This document shows, one piece after another, positions 39,998-50,387 of a DNA stretch of 64,000 nucleotides (position 1 is the stretch's first letter; the number at the start of each line of letters is the position of its first letter). Position numbers and translations under genes: made by a program. Source of the DNA: Nitrospiraceae bacterium (lineage in GTDB: Bacteria > Nitrospirota > Nitrospiria > Nitrospirales > UBA2166); assembly GCA_002726235.1 (NCBI GenBank), contig PBSN01000002.1:83010-147009 (forward strand), in the 5' to 3' direction. Under the pieces are notes generated by a model. The model ran no database searches, was not told the origin of the DNA, and saw nothing but the letters and a program-made list of their open reading frames with translations.

Positions 39998-41041
39998 CTA
40001 CTGCGTGGGATAACCAAATACCTTTTCAGCGTACGCTGTCAAGATTGCTGCGTGGGATAGAGATACAAGCGGAATATAGTGACTAATCTCGGAACTGAGC
40101 ATCGCGGCAACTTGTTCCACAATACCCATCTTCACTTCTGGAGCGTAGGTTGAAATTGGAATGTTCTCCCATTGAGCCACTGAAGACTCCTTTCGCAGGA
40201 CCGTCTCGAGAGGACACAAACGATAGGATGCAACAGGAGTGTGAGCTTCCACCGACCAGCGACTCTTCGAACCCCAGTCCGCGTGATACCCAAACACAAT
40301 ATCCTGATCGGAAACTCCTGATCCTGTGAAAACCGCACCAGATGGATGCCACTCCAGAGAACTAGAGCGATGGCCACTCCATTCCTGAGGCGCACCAATC
40401 AGTGCATGTGCCATGCTGATAACATGAAGACTGTTCGCGATGCCCCACCGCGCAAGTTCGCTTTTCTGAAAGCGTTGAGACCAATTAGATTTGATCATTT
40501 CGGTGAACGTATAGCTACAGGAAGTGATTCCGCCTTCAGAACTGGCACGCGCACGCACTTCCTGCACCCCTGGATATGCAACTCGATTATATGCACACAA
40601 AGCCCGCACCTTAGATCGAGTCATGCGTTCAGCCAACTGCGTAATCTCCGATGCATAAAGAGAGATCGGTTTTTCAATCAGTAGGTGGCGAAAGCCAAGC
40701 GCGACGAGTAGATCCGCAACATTGACCAATGATTCCATTGGGGTACAGACAATACCAAGCTCATTGGGACGCGGAGAACACCGTAGTTTCTCAACACCCC
40801 CCACTACAGTTTCTATATCCTCCGTGCCATGAAGATCAGGCAACGAACCCTTGGAACGAGAGCAAACACGAATACGCCTTACCCCAAGCGAGCGAAGAGC
40901 CTTGACATACTCTTTCCCCATGCCCCCATACCCAATGACTGTTGCCTCTCTATCAGAAAAGTCAATGGCGTTAATACTTTCCACAAGTTCACTAGATGAC
41001 AATGCCCTATCTTGCTGATGAGAAATAGTATCTTCCTCCAT
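39998..41041 (-). CDS. Gfo/Idh/MocA-like oxidoreductase
   Basis: IGYGGMG, LIEKP, AYNR, FTE, ANSLHV. Confidence 0.8.
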   Translation of the reverse strand: MEEDTISHQQDRALSSSELVESINAIDFSDREATVIGYGGMGKEYVKALRSLGVRRIRVCSRSKGSLPDLHGTEDIETVVGGVEKLRCSPRPNELGIVCTPMESLVNVADLLVALGFRHLLIEKPISLYASEITQLAERMTRSKVRALCAYNRVAYPGVQEVRARASSEGGITSCSYTFTEMIKSNWSQRFQKSELARWGIANSLHVISMAHALIGAPQEWSGHRSSSLEWHPSGAVFTGSGVSDQDIVFGYHADWGSKSRWSVEAHTPVASYRLCPLETVLRKESSVAQWENIPISTYAPEVKMGIVEQVAAMLSSEISHYIPLVSLSHAAILTAYAEKVFGYPTQ

Positions 41042-41248
41042 TGTCAGAACAACCCCAATGATGGAATATGCTCATGGGCACTCCTCATTCCAATGCCTTC
41101 TCATCACAGACTTAGGCTTTTTAAATGATCATTACACATTTAGACACAAACGCTATGATTGTTCAGTCTGTCGATTGCAACTTCCGCAATGAAAGAGCCT
41201 GTGCTTTGTCAACTTTGAAGCATCAAGCATTTCTTTCTGCGTCGCATT

Positions 41249-41340
41249 GAATTTCGTTCCCGAATATGGGAACGGCGATAGCAAAATCATCTTGCCTTAC
41301 CTCGTGCGCTGTGCTCAGCCAAACCATAGCCTTTCTTATC
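41249..41340 (+). repeat. Diverged copy of 41631-41722 (internal segment of the radical SAM gene)
   Basis: An alternative minus frame reads IRKAMVWLSTAHEVRQDDFAIAVP versus IRKTMVWLSTAREVKQANFAIAVP in the gene. Confidence 0.85.
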
Positions 41341-42810
41341 ACCGGAAGACCTGCTAGTGAACACTCCTTTCAGCCTCGGGAAAACCCTTCCGAGCACCAG
41401 ACTCACTACACGAAGGAGCATCAGAATCCCGCCAAGAAGACCATTTTTTCTTAACATGGGAATCCAACGCCAAGGAGCCGAATAAACGCTAACGAAACCT
41501 TCATTTTGCAGTTCGATCAGGTCCTCAGGTCCAAGTTCACCAACTTTCGTAACAGCCGTCCCATACCGCCGGTATTCTGAGAAATCTTCCGTCAATAAAT
41601 TAACACCATTTCCGTTTCTCGCCATCTCGTGAAATTCTGTTCCTGGATATGGAACAGCAATAGCAAAATTAGCCTGTTTTACCTCGCGCGCTGTACTCAG
41701 CCAAACCATCGTCTTTCGTATTGTTTCACGCGTTTCGCCAGGCAAACCTATCATCACGGAGTTCAAGGTCTCAACACCATGCTTGTTACAGATTCTGTTC
41801 GCCTTTTCATAATGCTCCAGAGGTATCTGTTTTTTCATTGTCTTGCGCATTTCACTGTCGACGGTTTCAAGACCAAATGATATCCGGGTGAGACCGGCAT
41901 GCACCAATCGCCTCATGAGCTGGTCATCAACCAAATTCGCACGTGTTGACCCCTCGAAGGTAATTGACAGGCCCTCTTCCACGATCAGATCACATATTTC
42001 CAAGATGTGTTCTTTCGTCATGGTCAAAACATCGTCAATAAAATAGAAGTGCTGGACACCAAACTCGGAAATTACTGCTTTCATCTCATCAACAACCGAC
42101 CGTGGAGATCTTTGGATTACCCGTGTTGTATCCAACTTATCCGAAGCACAAAATATGCATTTCCACGGACACCCTCTTGTTGTCTGAATTGAGGTCATCG
42201 ATTGCCGCCCATTTACAGTTTTGGACTTGTACAGATTCATTTTCAGCAAATGTCTAGCTGGAAGAGGAAACTGGTCGAGTGGATACCCCCTTCCTTCGTG
42301 GTCATCGATGGGATCCGGTCTACCAGTAGAACAAATCTCACCATTTTTACGAAAAATGATTCCCTTAACCCCGGAGAGATCTTTCCCCCCTTCAAAATAG
42401 TCTAGGAACGTTGGCCAGGATTTCTCAGCCTCGCCGACGAACGCATAGTCAAACATCGGCTGCAGCGCTTTTTCCTCCACGATCGTGACATGCGGACCAC
42501 CAATTGCAATCGGCGCCTTAACGCCGGCATTTTTCAAACCTTGTGCGAGACTTACATTGATGTGAAAGAATGGAGTAAATGCCGTCAAACCAATAACATC
42601 CGGACCAACTTCCTGCGTCATTGCTATCATTTTTTCGAGTGACAAATTCTCGGCCTCTCCATCGATAATGCCAACTTCGTGCCCCCTTTGTTCCGTGATC
42701 GCACCAAGAAGCGCTAAGCTTAATGGAGGCCAAATCGCTTATTTCCGTGCAAAATGCCGGAAAATCCCGTAGCCAGTGGTCCAACTCGGATACAAAAACA
42801 ACACTTTCAT
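41287..42810 (-). pseudogene. B12-binding radical SAM protein interrupted by an in-frame TAA at 42739-42741
   Basis: ATG 42810 (AGGAG upstream) reads MKVLFLYPSWTTGYGIFRHFARK*AIWPPLSLALLGA... in frame with ORF 41287..42645, which has GGPHVT, VGEAE and RGCPWKCIFC. Confidence 0.85.
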
Positions 42811-43015
42811 CTCATTCCAACTCCTCTGCATACACAGAAATTCCTATGTACAAAGATAGTTTCTCCATACAATGTGCGTCGCGTCATCGAGATTGATGCG
42901 TATTGCGTCGCCCTGACGAACATGCCTTACTCAAAAACTTTCAAATGAAATCTAGCTCACAGGCCAAACGTCGTCTACTGCGACACACGTATTTTCCGCT
43001 GCAAAACGTCAACCC

Positions 43016-43882
43016 CTACTCCAGCTCACTCGCGCTCACCTGAAAAAAGACGTCTCCACGGACAAATTTTCGTTTGCTTTTTCCTTGACTCCGATAGTGT
43101 TTCGCATGCTCGTATCGATGCAACGGAATAATCCTAAAATCCAGACTCACACGAGTCCTTCCCTCCGTGTTCTCTGCAGGCCCGTGAAGGCATCGTGGAT
43201 CAAACGCGATGAATTCTCCAACCTTCATGTCAACCGGTTTCGTGCTGCGAACAACGAGGGACTGAAAATCATCATCCGAGAAAAGGCGCTTATGAAAATG
43301 TTCACGCCCCGCCGTATGATACACGTCTGAGTCCCAACCAATGTCGTCAAAAACACGGCCGATAACTTGGATTCCGCTCGCAAGATCAGACATGTGCAAC
43401 GCGTTTGATGCCCTGCATTCCGTTAGGGGCAACCAAAAATTGACTTCCTCAAATGAGTGGCCGAGCATCGTATCGGAATGTTGCCCCAGAAACACACCGT
43501 CCTTGTTGCGCTTGTTGCGAAAAGCTTCCCCAAAATGAACCGGGAAGTGAAATCTAAAATTTGGAATCGCTTGAAAAATAAAATCATACTGGAAGTATTC
43601 CCGATGAATATACTTGATAAGACCAAAATAAAGCTCACGAAAACGGGTACTGGTTTCGTAGAATTGATCAACGACGTTGTTCATATAATGCGCATTTACC
43701 ACCTGATCTTTGGGAGGGATGTGCTTGTGCAACTCTTCAAGAGACACTGCATTCTTCACAATGCCTTTTTCAACAAGCATCCTTGTCACTTCCGCGACAA
43801 ACAGAAATTCCTGGTGCGGGTAGGTCAAACGTCGAAACCCAGTCTCGACTAAACTCGGCCTGTCCAGTTCCGTCCTGTCCAT
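43016..43882 (-). CDS. StrG-like/PhyH-like Fe(II)-2OG oxygenase
   Basis: FQAIPNFRFHFP, HSD..LGH, EVNFWLPLT, LHG, N.EG.TRVSLDFR. Confidence 0.75.
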   Translation of the reverse strand: MDRTELDRPSLVETGFRRLTYPHQEFLFVAEVTRMLVEKGIVKNAVSLEELHKHIPPKDQVVNAHYMNNVVDQFYETSTRFRELYFGLIKYIHREYFQYDFIFQAIPNFRFHFPVHFGEAFRNKRNKDGVFLGQHSDTMLGHSFEEVNFWLPLTECRASNALHMSDLASGIQVIGRVFDDIGWDSDVYHTAGREHFHKRLFSDDDFQSLVVRSTKPVDMKVGEFIAFDPRCLHGPAENTEGRTRVSLDFRIIPLHRYEHAKHYRSQGKSKRKFVRGDVFFQVSASELE

Positions 43883-43964
43883 AGCAATCTCACTTCCATG
43901 GATAGTTCATCATGTCCCAGCCCTCATCCATGCAAACAACTCATCAATAATTACCAGCGCGTCG

Positions 43965-45137
43965 TTAGCGTCTATTGAGGCGTTGCCTCTGTAAGGACTT
44001 CGCAAGCAATACCACTTGGCGCAGTCCTTTTTTTACATCATTCGTCTCGCCACAGATCGACGCTCGAACAAACCCAGCACGCCCAAAACTCGCTCCCGGA
44101 GTTACAGCAGTCGCGAATTCGTCCAACAGTCTCGAACAAAACACCCTGTCATCAATCTTCAGCTTTCTAATATCGATCAACAGATAAAACCCGGCTTCTG
44201 GTTTCACGCAGGCCAAATAATCTGACCTAGTGATAATCTTTAGACACTCATCACTCAAGGCTCTGTAATATTTTTTCCTACTATCCGTAAACGAGTCAAT
44301 GATAGGGACCCCCTCGGTGATGCCTTCCTGAACAAAAACAGGCAGGCACGAGTACAACGTCGAGGAAGAAAGTGCAATTTTTTCTACGACTCTAGGATCC
44401 GCAACTGCATACCCAATACGGTACCCCGGGACACAGAATATTTTTGAGAAAGAGGAGATAATAACGAGCTTCTCGTACTCAAAACCTAACAAGCTAAAGT
44501 AGGTTTTATTGTAACTCAGCTTACTGTACGTTTCATCACTCACGACCCAACAATCCCGTTTCACGGCCTGTTCTAGCAAGTATTTCAAAAGACCTTCATC
44601 ATAGACAGCTCCAGTTGGATTATTTCCAGAGTTTACAAATACAACTTTTGGGTTTGCAGAAAAGGCCTTATCGATGGTCTTTTTCGTAATTTGAAACCCA
44701 TTGTTCATTGATAGAGGGACTTGATGCATCGTGATTCCAACGTACCCGCATACCGCGATATAGGTCGGAAACGCCGGCGTGAAAAGTGCAACAGTTTCGG
44801 TTGCTTCACAAATAATATCCAAAATTTGGTAAATGAGCATATTGGCAGGACTGATGACAACGTTCTCCGTCTTAATATGCCGCTGACAATTCTCAGAACA
44901 GTAACCGGCTAACTTTTCACGCAGGGACAGCAAACCGCTGGGGGGGGCATAGCCAACTTCAGAATTCAGGAGAGAAATAATTGTTCTATTGATAACGCGG
45001 CCCGGAGGATATCTCTTCGGTTCACCTAGTTCGAGGTGATACACCGGCTTTCCATCACGCTCAATGTTCCGGGCTTGGTCCTGAAGGGAAAACATTTCTT
45101 GACCGATTAAAGCCTCGCCTCGCCTTGAAAACTTCAT
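43965..45137 (-). CDS. Class I/II PLP aminotransferase
   Basis: LELGEP, NNPTG, SDETY, SFSKIFCVPGYRIGY, PGASFG. Confidence 0.9.
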   Translation of the reverse strand: MKFSRRGEALIGQEMFSLQDQARNIERDGKPVYHLELGEPKRYPPGRVINRTIISLLNSEVGYAPPSGLLSLREKLAGYCSENCQRHIKTENVVISPANMLIYQILDIICEATETVALFTPAFPTYIAVCGYVGITMHQVPLSMNNGFQITKKTIDKAFSANPKVVFVNSGNNPTGAVYDEGLLKYLLEQAVKRDCWVVSDETYSKLSYNKTYFSLLGFEYEKLVIISSFSKIFCVPGYRIGYAVADPRVVEKIALSSSTLYSCLPVFVQEGITEGVPIIDSFTDSRKKYYRALSDECLKIITRSDYLACVKPEAGFYLLIDIRKLKIDDRVFCSRLLDEFATAVTPGASFGRAGFVRASICGETNDVKKGLRQVVLLAKSLQRQRLNRR

Positions 45138-45187
45138 GCCTAATGAGCCTGCTTTCGAAAAGTTAAAATAATATCCTCGGCCAGCGC

Positions 45188-46189
45188 TTAATACTCATCG
45201 TTGTAAAAGATGACTTGCGCTCCATGCGTTTCAAAGTTGAATGGTACCCAGACGCGAATATTCGAGAGTGCCTCCTTGATACGAGCATGACATTCAGGTG
45301 GCGCTAGAAACATGATAAATCCTCCACCCCCTGCGCCCATGATTTTACCCCCATACGCGCCAGCCGCCAGACCTGCCTCATACAGCTCATCGATTTCTGG
45401 GGTTGTGATGCCATGGGCCAACGACCGCTTGAGCAACCACGTGTGATGGAGCAACTTTCCAAGACAATCGACATCTGCATGATTGCGAAAAAGATGAAGC
45501 GCTTCCTTCGCGATTGAGAGAAGTTCACTCACGCGCGTTTCGCCTTTTTCCATTTTCGCAATTTGCTCCCTCGCGATATCAGAAGCAACTCGCGTCAACC
45601 CCGTGAACCCAAGGAGTACATGCTGACGCAAATTCTCAATAAACTCTGGTGGCAAGATAAGGGGGGTGACCCGATAACCCTGACCCCCAATTTCCGGCCC
45701 CATCTCAATGATGCGAAACCCGCCATTCGCCGACAAAATCTGATCTTGAATGCCAACACTTTCTTGGAGAACGGATTGTTCGATATGGATCGCCTCCTCC
45801 GCCAGTTTTTGCTTGGTAGGCATTTCATGGCGCAATCCATGGAGGGCAAGGAGTAACCCAACGGTGAAGCTTGAGCTCGACCCTATCCCCGATCGTGCTG
45901 GAATATCAGCATCGTGATGAATCTCCAGTCCACCCTCAGCTCCAAGATACTCCAAGCACCCACGCACCGCTGGATGTTCTATCTTCTTATGCTCATCAAC
46001 AGATTCTATCTTAGAGTACACAACTCTTGTTTTATAATCGAAAAATGGCTCCAGGCGGCGGCAAGAAATATAACAATACTGGGCAAACGTTGAGGCAATG
46101 ACTAAGCCTTCATTTTGTGAATACCAGGCCGGATAATCGGTTCCTCCACCGAAGAACGATATTCTAAATGGAGTCCGCGTAATAATCAT
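45188..46189 (-). CDS. hddA: D-glycero-D-manno-heptose-7-phosphate kinase (GHMP family)
   Basis: RTPFRISFFGGGTDYP, DIPARSGIGSSSSF, GIQDQ, GGKIMGAGGGGF. Confidence 0.9.
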   Translation of the reverse strand: MIITRTPFRISFFGGGTDYPAWYSQNEGLVIASTFAQYCYISCRRLEPFFDYKTRVVYSKIESVDEHKKIEHPAVRGCLEYLGAEGGLEIHHDADIPARSGIGSSSSFTVGLLLALHGLRHEMPTKQKLAEEAIHIEQSVLQESVGIQDQILSANGGFRIIEMGPEIGGQGYRVTPLILPPEFIENLRQHVLLGFTGLTRVASDIAREQIAKMEKGETRVSELLSIAKEALHLFRNHADVDCLGKLLHHTWLLKRSLAHGITTPEIDELYEAGLAAGAYGGKIMGAGGGGFIMFLAPPECHARIKEALSNIRVWVPFNFETHGAQVIFYNDEY

Positions 46190-46216
46190 ATGGACAGTCC
46201 AACACTCATATGATCT

Positions 46217-47263
46217 CTACCCAACGGAACACTCCGATTCGTGCGCGCGAGTCGCCACTTCCTTGGCAACCTTTGCTCTCCAGAACGCCATGAGATGCCG
46301 TACACTCTCTTCAATCGTGTACTTTGGCTTCCAGCCCGTTGCATTCAAAAACTTCTCCACCTTGGGTATCTGAAGCGTCACGTCAGCAGGGCGAAGAAGT
46401 TGTGGGTCCTGTCGAGTCTGGATCGGCACCCGACTCTCCGTTTTCAATAGTGCAAGAAACTCTCCAACACTCATTGATGTCGCGCCACCGATGTTATAGG
46501 CCTCCCCTGGCTGGCAATGCACTATGGCCTTCCAATACGCTTCCATGGCGTCTCGAACATCAATCAACGTTCGAATTGAGTCAAGGTTACCATGGAGAAG
46601 CTCACACTGAAGCCCGTGTTCAATCCGAGCTACCTGCCGGGCAAACGAGGTCGCAAACAGATCCGTACGCCGTGGATTAAAGTACGCAAACATACGTGTC
46701 CGAATGATTTGCATCTGATAGCTACGGAAATACGTCCATCCCAGCAAATCTTGCGCTACTTTCGACACCGCATACGGGCTGGACGGCCGAAGCGCTACCT
46801 CCTCGGCAATGGGAACATCTTTCGGGTCAACCTGGCCATAGACCTCAGACGTGCTACAGAGTTGGATAATAGGATTAATCCCCGCGATCCTAACCGCCTC
46901 AAACAAATTTGCTGTACTCATGATGTTGTTATTGAGAACTGCCAGCGGGGTGGTAAACGACGCTTTCACATTCGCATGCGAAGCGAGATGAAAAATGGCA
47001 TCAGGTCTCACGGCGGAAAGCACGGCAAACAGCGAACTAAAGTCGTTCATATCACATTCATGCATAACCACGCTTGAAGCAATTCCTGCCAGATTGCTAG
47101 AAGCGGTCGTACTATGCCAACGAGAAATTCCATGAATTTCAACCGCCGGGTGATTCTGAACAACGTACTCGGCCAAGTAGCTACCACCCGATCCGCTAAC
47201 CCCCGTGATGAGGATGCATTTGAAGTCTGTTACACGTTTCGTTTCCATCCCACTCCCAAGCAT
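46217..47263 (-). CDS. gmd: GDP-mannose/GDP-heptose 4,6-dehydratase
   Basis: TGVSGSGGSYL, HLASHANVKASF, STSEVYG, SPYAVSK, GNLDSIR..IDVRD, LLRPAD. True start may be ATG 47248. Confidence 0.82.
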   Translation of the reverse strand: MLGSGMETKRVTDFKCILITGVSGSGGSYLAEYVVQNHPAVEIHGISRWHSTTASSNLAGIASSVVMHECDMNDFSSLFAVLSAVRPDAIFHLASHANVKASFTTPLAVLNNNIMSTANLFEAVRIAGINPIIQLCSTSEVYGQVDPKDVPIAEEVALRPSSPYAVSKVAQDLLGWTYFRSYQMQIIRTRMFAYFNPRRTDLFATSFARQVARIEHGLQCELLHGNLDSIRTLIDVRDAMEAYWKAIVHCQPGEAYNIGGATSMSVGEFLALLKTESRVPIQTRQDPQLLRPADVTLQIPKVEKFLNATGWKPKYTIEESVRHLMAFWRAKVAKEVATRAHESECSVG

Positions 47264-47347
47264 TTACTCATCACAAGGGAGGCCAATGAGGCCCCAGTTC
47301 ACAAAGACCAATTCGCAGAGCAGTCAGCTCGGTTGCGGGAAACATAC

Positions 47348-48328
47348 TCACGGCTTAAGAACCCCCTTTTCTCCCGCATAAAACTGATGGGCATTATAAA
47401 CTTCCTCTATTTTCATTCGTTTCTCCTCTGCAAGTGCCCCAAGGTAGCTTGCGTCAACGTTTTCCTCGACATGTTGTTTACGCAACATTCCCGGAATAGC
47501 CGTTGAAACAGCAGGATAAGATAAACAATATCTCAATGCCAGTTGAGCGTCAGTTTGATCCTCTGTTCGCCGTATTGTGGAAAACCTCTGGTTCGCGGCG
47601 GACCAGAGGTCGAGTTGCTCAGAGGACCAGCGACTACGATGATCATACGCACCAAATTCTGTTTCAGCCGTATACCTTCCGGTCAAAAACCCAAAGCAGA
47701 GTGGTGTTCGGCATATCAATCCAACCCTCTTCGTCTCACACAAACCCATAAGTCCATTCAACAGCATTCGCTGGTCAGCCATATTAAAATTGACCTGTAG
47801 AACATTTGCGCCGAAGTGTTCTATGGCGAGCAATCCATCATCGGGACATCGCACTGAAATTCCCCACGACCGAATCTTTCCTGCTCTCTCAAGTGATTGA
47901 AGGGTGTCAACAATCTCCTCAGCATTGCCCAGAGACGCCAACGGCGGATCATGTAACTGATACACGTCAATATAGTCCGACTGGAGTCTTTTCAGGCTCC
48001 CATCAACGGACATCTCGATATGCGCGGGAGAAAAATCCTGATGGCCATTTTGGTCGAGAAGTCCGCCTTTTGATGCAATGACCACCCGGTTTCGAATCTC
48101 CTTAAATGTCTCACCGATCAATCGTTCACTGTGACCATGTCCATACAAATCAGCGGTATCATAAAACGTGATGCCCAAATCAAACGCACATTTCAAGGCC
48201 TCTCGGCTCTCCGTATCATCGGTCGGCCCATATGATATCGCTCCCTGATTCACCCCACCAATACCCCAAGCACCAAATCCAATCTCAGACACCCTGAGCC
48301 CAGTGCAACCAAGCGTTCTATAGTTCAT
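47348..48328 (-). CDS. Aldo/keto reductase
   Basis: YRTLG.TGLRVSEIGFGAWGIGG, DTADLYG, SK, SLKRLQSDYIDVYQLH, IPG. Start at ATG 48328. Confidence 0.92.
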   Translation of the reverse strand: MNYRTLGCTGLRVSEIGFGAWGIGGVNQGAISYGPTDDTESREALKCAFDLGITFYDTADLYGHGHSERLIGETFKEIRNRVVIASKGGLLDQNGHQDFSPAHIEMSVDGSLKRLQSDYIDVYQLHDPPLASLGNAEEIVDTLQSLERAGKIRSWGISVRCPDDGLLAIEHFGANVLQVNFNMADQRMLLNGLMGLCETKRVGLICRTPLCFGFLTGRYTAETEFGAYDHRSRWSSEQLDLWSAANQRFSTIRRTEDQTDAQLALRYCLSYPAVSTAIPGMLRKQHVEENVDASYLGALAEEKRMKIEEVYNAHQFYAGEKGVLKP

Positions 48329-48392
48329 GATCGTATATGCATCGGAAGAAGCGTGGTCAAAACAACGATTATGGACATTGCTACTTCCCTTT

Positions 48393-50387
48393 TCAGTAAT
48401 GCCCTGACAGCTGAGCCTCGACAGCATTATTGCCGTAAAGATAGGCTCCTTTTTTGTTTCCATACCAGATCACCTCCCGACACCAGTCATCCCAAGAAGT
48501 CCAGATCTGACTCGTGCGGTCAATGTGATAGGTCGTTGGTCGGTTCTCCAGAGAAATCTGCGTGCCACGTAGTACCGACTGATAGTATTCCCACACGTTG
48601 TGAGACAGTTCGAGAGAGAGATCATCCGTTTGGAAAGGAAATTTCATCGAACTTCTATTAAATTCGATGGTTTCATGAAGAAGCCCTGCTGGGAGAGACA
48701 GGGAATGCTCTCTAAGATACTGCTCCAACACCACTTCCGCTTCATCGTAAAATTGCTGCAGGTTGTTTTCCACACACAACTTGATCAGGATATATTCATC
48801 CGCCGGCCAATAAATATTAAGCCAATCTTCAGAGAGACAAAATTCTGCCCCCCCATCTTGTATATCTCGCGATTTATCCATGAAAAACTGCTGGACCGAG
48901 GCGAGAACAGGAAGCTCATTGAACGCTCTCCCTACGAACATTTCGATGAGATCTCGACAACTCACAGAACAGATTTTTTGTATGAGGACAAAGGGGATTT
49001 GCAATATCTTATTGAAGTAGAGAAGGGCTGCCATCCATGAAAATACTCGGATCCTCACCCAATCATTCTTTGGCATAGAGTTGGTGCCAACAACGAGAAA
49101 TTGAGTTTCACAACATTCATCCTCAGATTCCTCAAGGGTTCCATGGATATTGATCAATTGCGTTTCAACAATGATCATTCCATATGTCTTTTGATACTCA
49201 GGGTCTCCCATTTCTGCATTGGGAAGAATGGAGAGATTATTGAATTGAATGCGGTTGTGTTGCCCATTCTCAACAATCGTCGATACCGCGTTGGTAAAGG
49301 ACTCGTAGGTTTCCCCTGGAAGCCCAAGAATCAAATCTGTAAAAGTTTCAACATTATCTCTTGTAAACCGCCTCTGGAGTTCTTGATATGTTTCCGTTGA
49401 AATATTTCCTCGCTTAATGCTCTTCAGTGTATTCGAATCCATCGACTGCAGGGCAATATCAACTCCCTTATTCAATCCGCTATCGGCGAGGATTTTCTGC
49501 GTGAGATATGCACGTTCCGTCGCATTTTTCGTCGCCTGGACTGAGAGTGCTTTGGGATACCCATATTGCTTCTTTGTCTGTGCGGCATAGCTGGCAAGGT
49601 CCACATCTCTCTTCAAGATTCCAAAGTTGGCATCGCAGCAGAAGACAAATTCGATTTTATGATCAGCGAACCACTCCAACTCTTTATGGAGTCGTTCAAT
49701 ATCAAACGAGTACACCTTGCTCGCAATAGCCGATCCCCAATCACAAAAGGTGCAGGCAAAGGGACATCCCCGGTTTGTTTCCCACAATCCAATCCAATGC
49801 TCAGAAGGATTAGCTTTCATGAGCGGAGCAAATGCCCCCGCGAGATAAGGAGACGGGAACTGGTCTAACTCCTTCACTCGTCCAGCTTTTTGGTTCGTAA
49901 CAACACATCCATTTTCATCCACAAAGCTCACTGACGGGACGTCAGACCAGTCCCTGGACTCATAGCGATCTAAGATCGCGAGCGCCACTTGCTCCCCTTC
50001 ACCATGACAGGCAAGATCTATGAAAGAATGCTTCTGTAGAAATTCATGGTCCTTCTCCGGCACATGTGGCCCACCAAACACAATCAGAACATTTGGCTGG
50101 CGGCATTTCAATCGCTGCGCAATTTCAAGCGAAATCTTCGCGTTCCACACATACATACTAAAGAACACAACATCCGCTTCAAGGAGACTGTGAACCGCTT
50201 CCTCTACTGAAATTCTGCTGTAGAGAGGCAAGAGAAACTGATAATGTTCTGGATGGCTGCTGTGTTTTTGCACGTATGCTTGTAGCATTCCAACCGATAA
50301 CGGCAAATAGTTCTGGTTTGAGAAACTATTATTAATCTGAACCAAACCAACGTTTACCTGTTGTCGTTCACCGTTGCTCAACATCAC
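48393..50387 (-). CDS. B12-binding radical SAM protein (intact)
   Basis: YLPLSVG, YVWN, GGPHVP, GEGE, ETNRGCPFACTFCDWG, DANFG, ILGLPGET. Confidence 0.9.
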   Translation of the reverse strand: MMLSNGERQQVNVGLVQINNSFSNQNYLPLSVGMLQAYVQKHSSHPEHYQFLLPLYSRISVEEAVHSLLEADVVFFSMYVWNAKISLEIAQRLKCRQPNVLIVFGGPHVPEKDHEFLQKHSFIDLACHGEGEQVALAILDRYESRDWSDVPSVSFVDENGCVVTNQKAGRVKELDQFPSPYLAGAFAPLMKANPSEHWIGLWETNRGCPFACTFCDWGSAIASKVYSFDIERLHKELEWFADHKIEFVFCCDANFGILKRDVDLASYAAQTKKQYGYPKALSVQATKNATERAYLTQKILADSGLNKGVDIALQSMDSNTLKSIKRGNISTETYQELQRRFTRDNVETFTDLILGLPGETYESFTNAVSTIVENGQHNRIQFNNLSILPNAEMGDPEYQKTYGMIIVETQLINIHGTLEESEDECCETQFLVVGTNSMPKNDWVRIRVFSWMAALLYFNKILQIPFVLIQKICSVSCRDLIEMFVGRAFNELPVLASVQQFFMDKSRDIQDGGAEFCLSEDWLNIYWPADEYILIKLCVENNLQQFYDEAEVVLEQYLREHSLSLPAGLLHETIEFNRSSMKFPFQTDDLSLELSHNVWEYYQSVLRGTQISLENRPTTYHIDRTSQIWTSWDDWCREVIWYGNKKGAYLYGNNAVEAQLSGHY

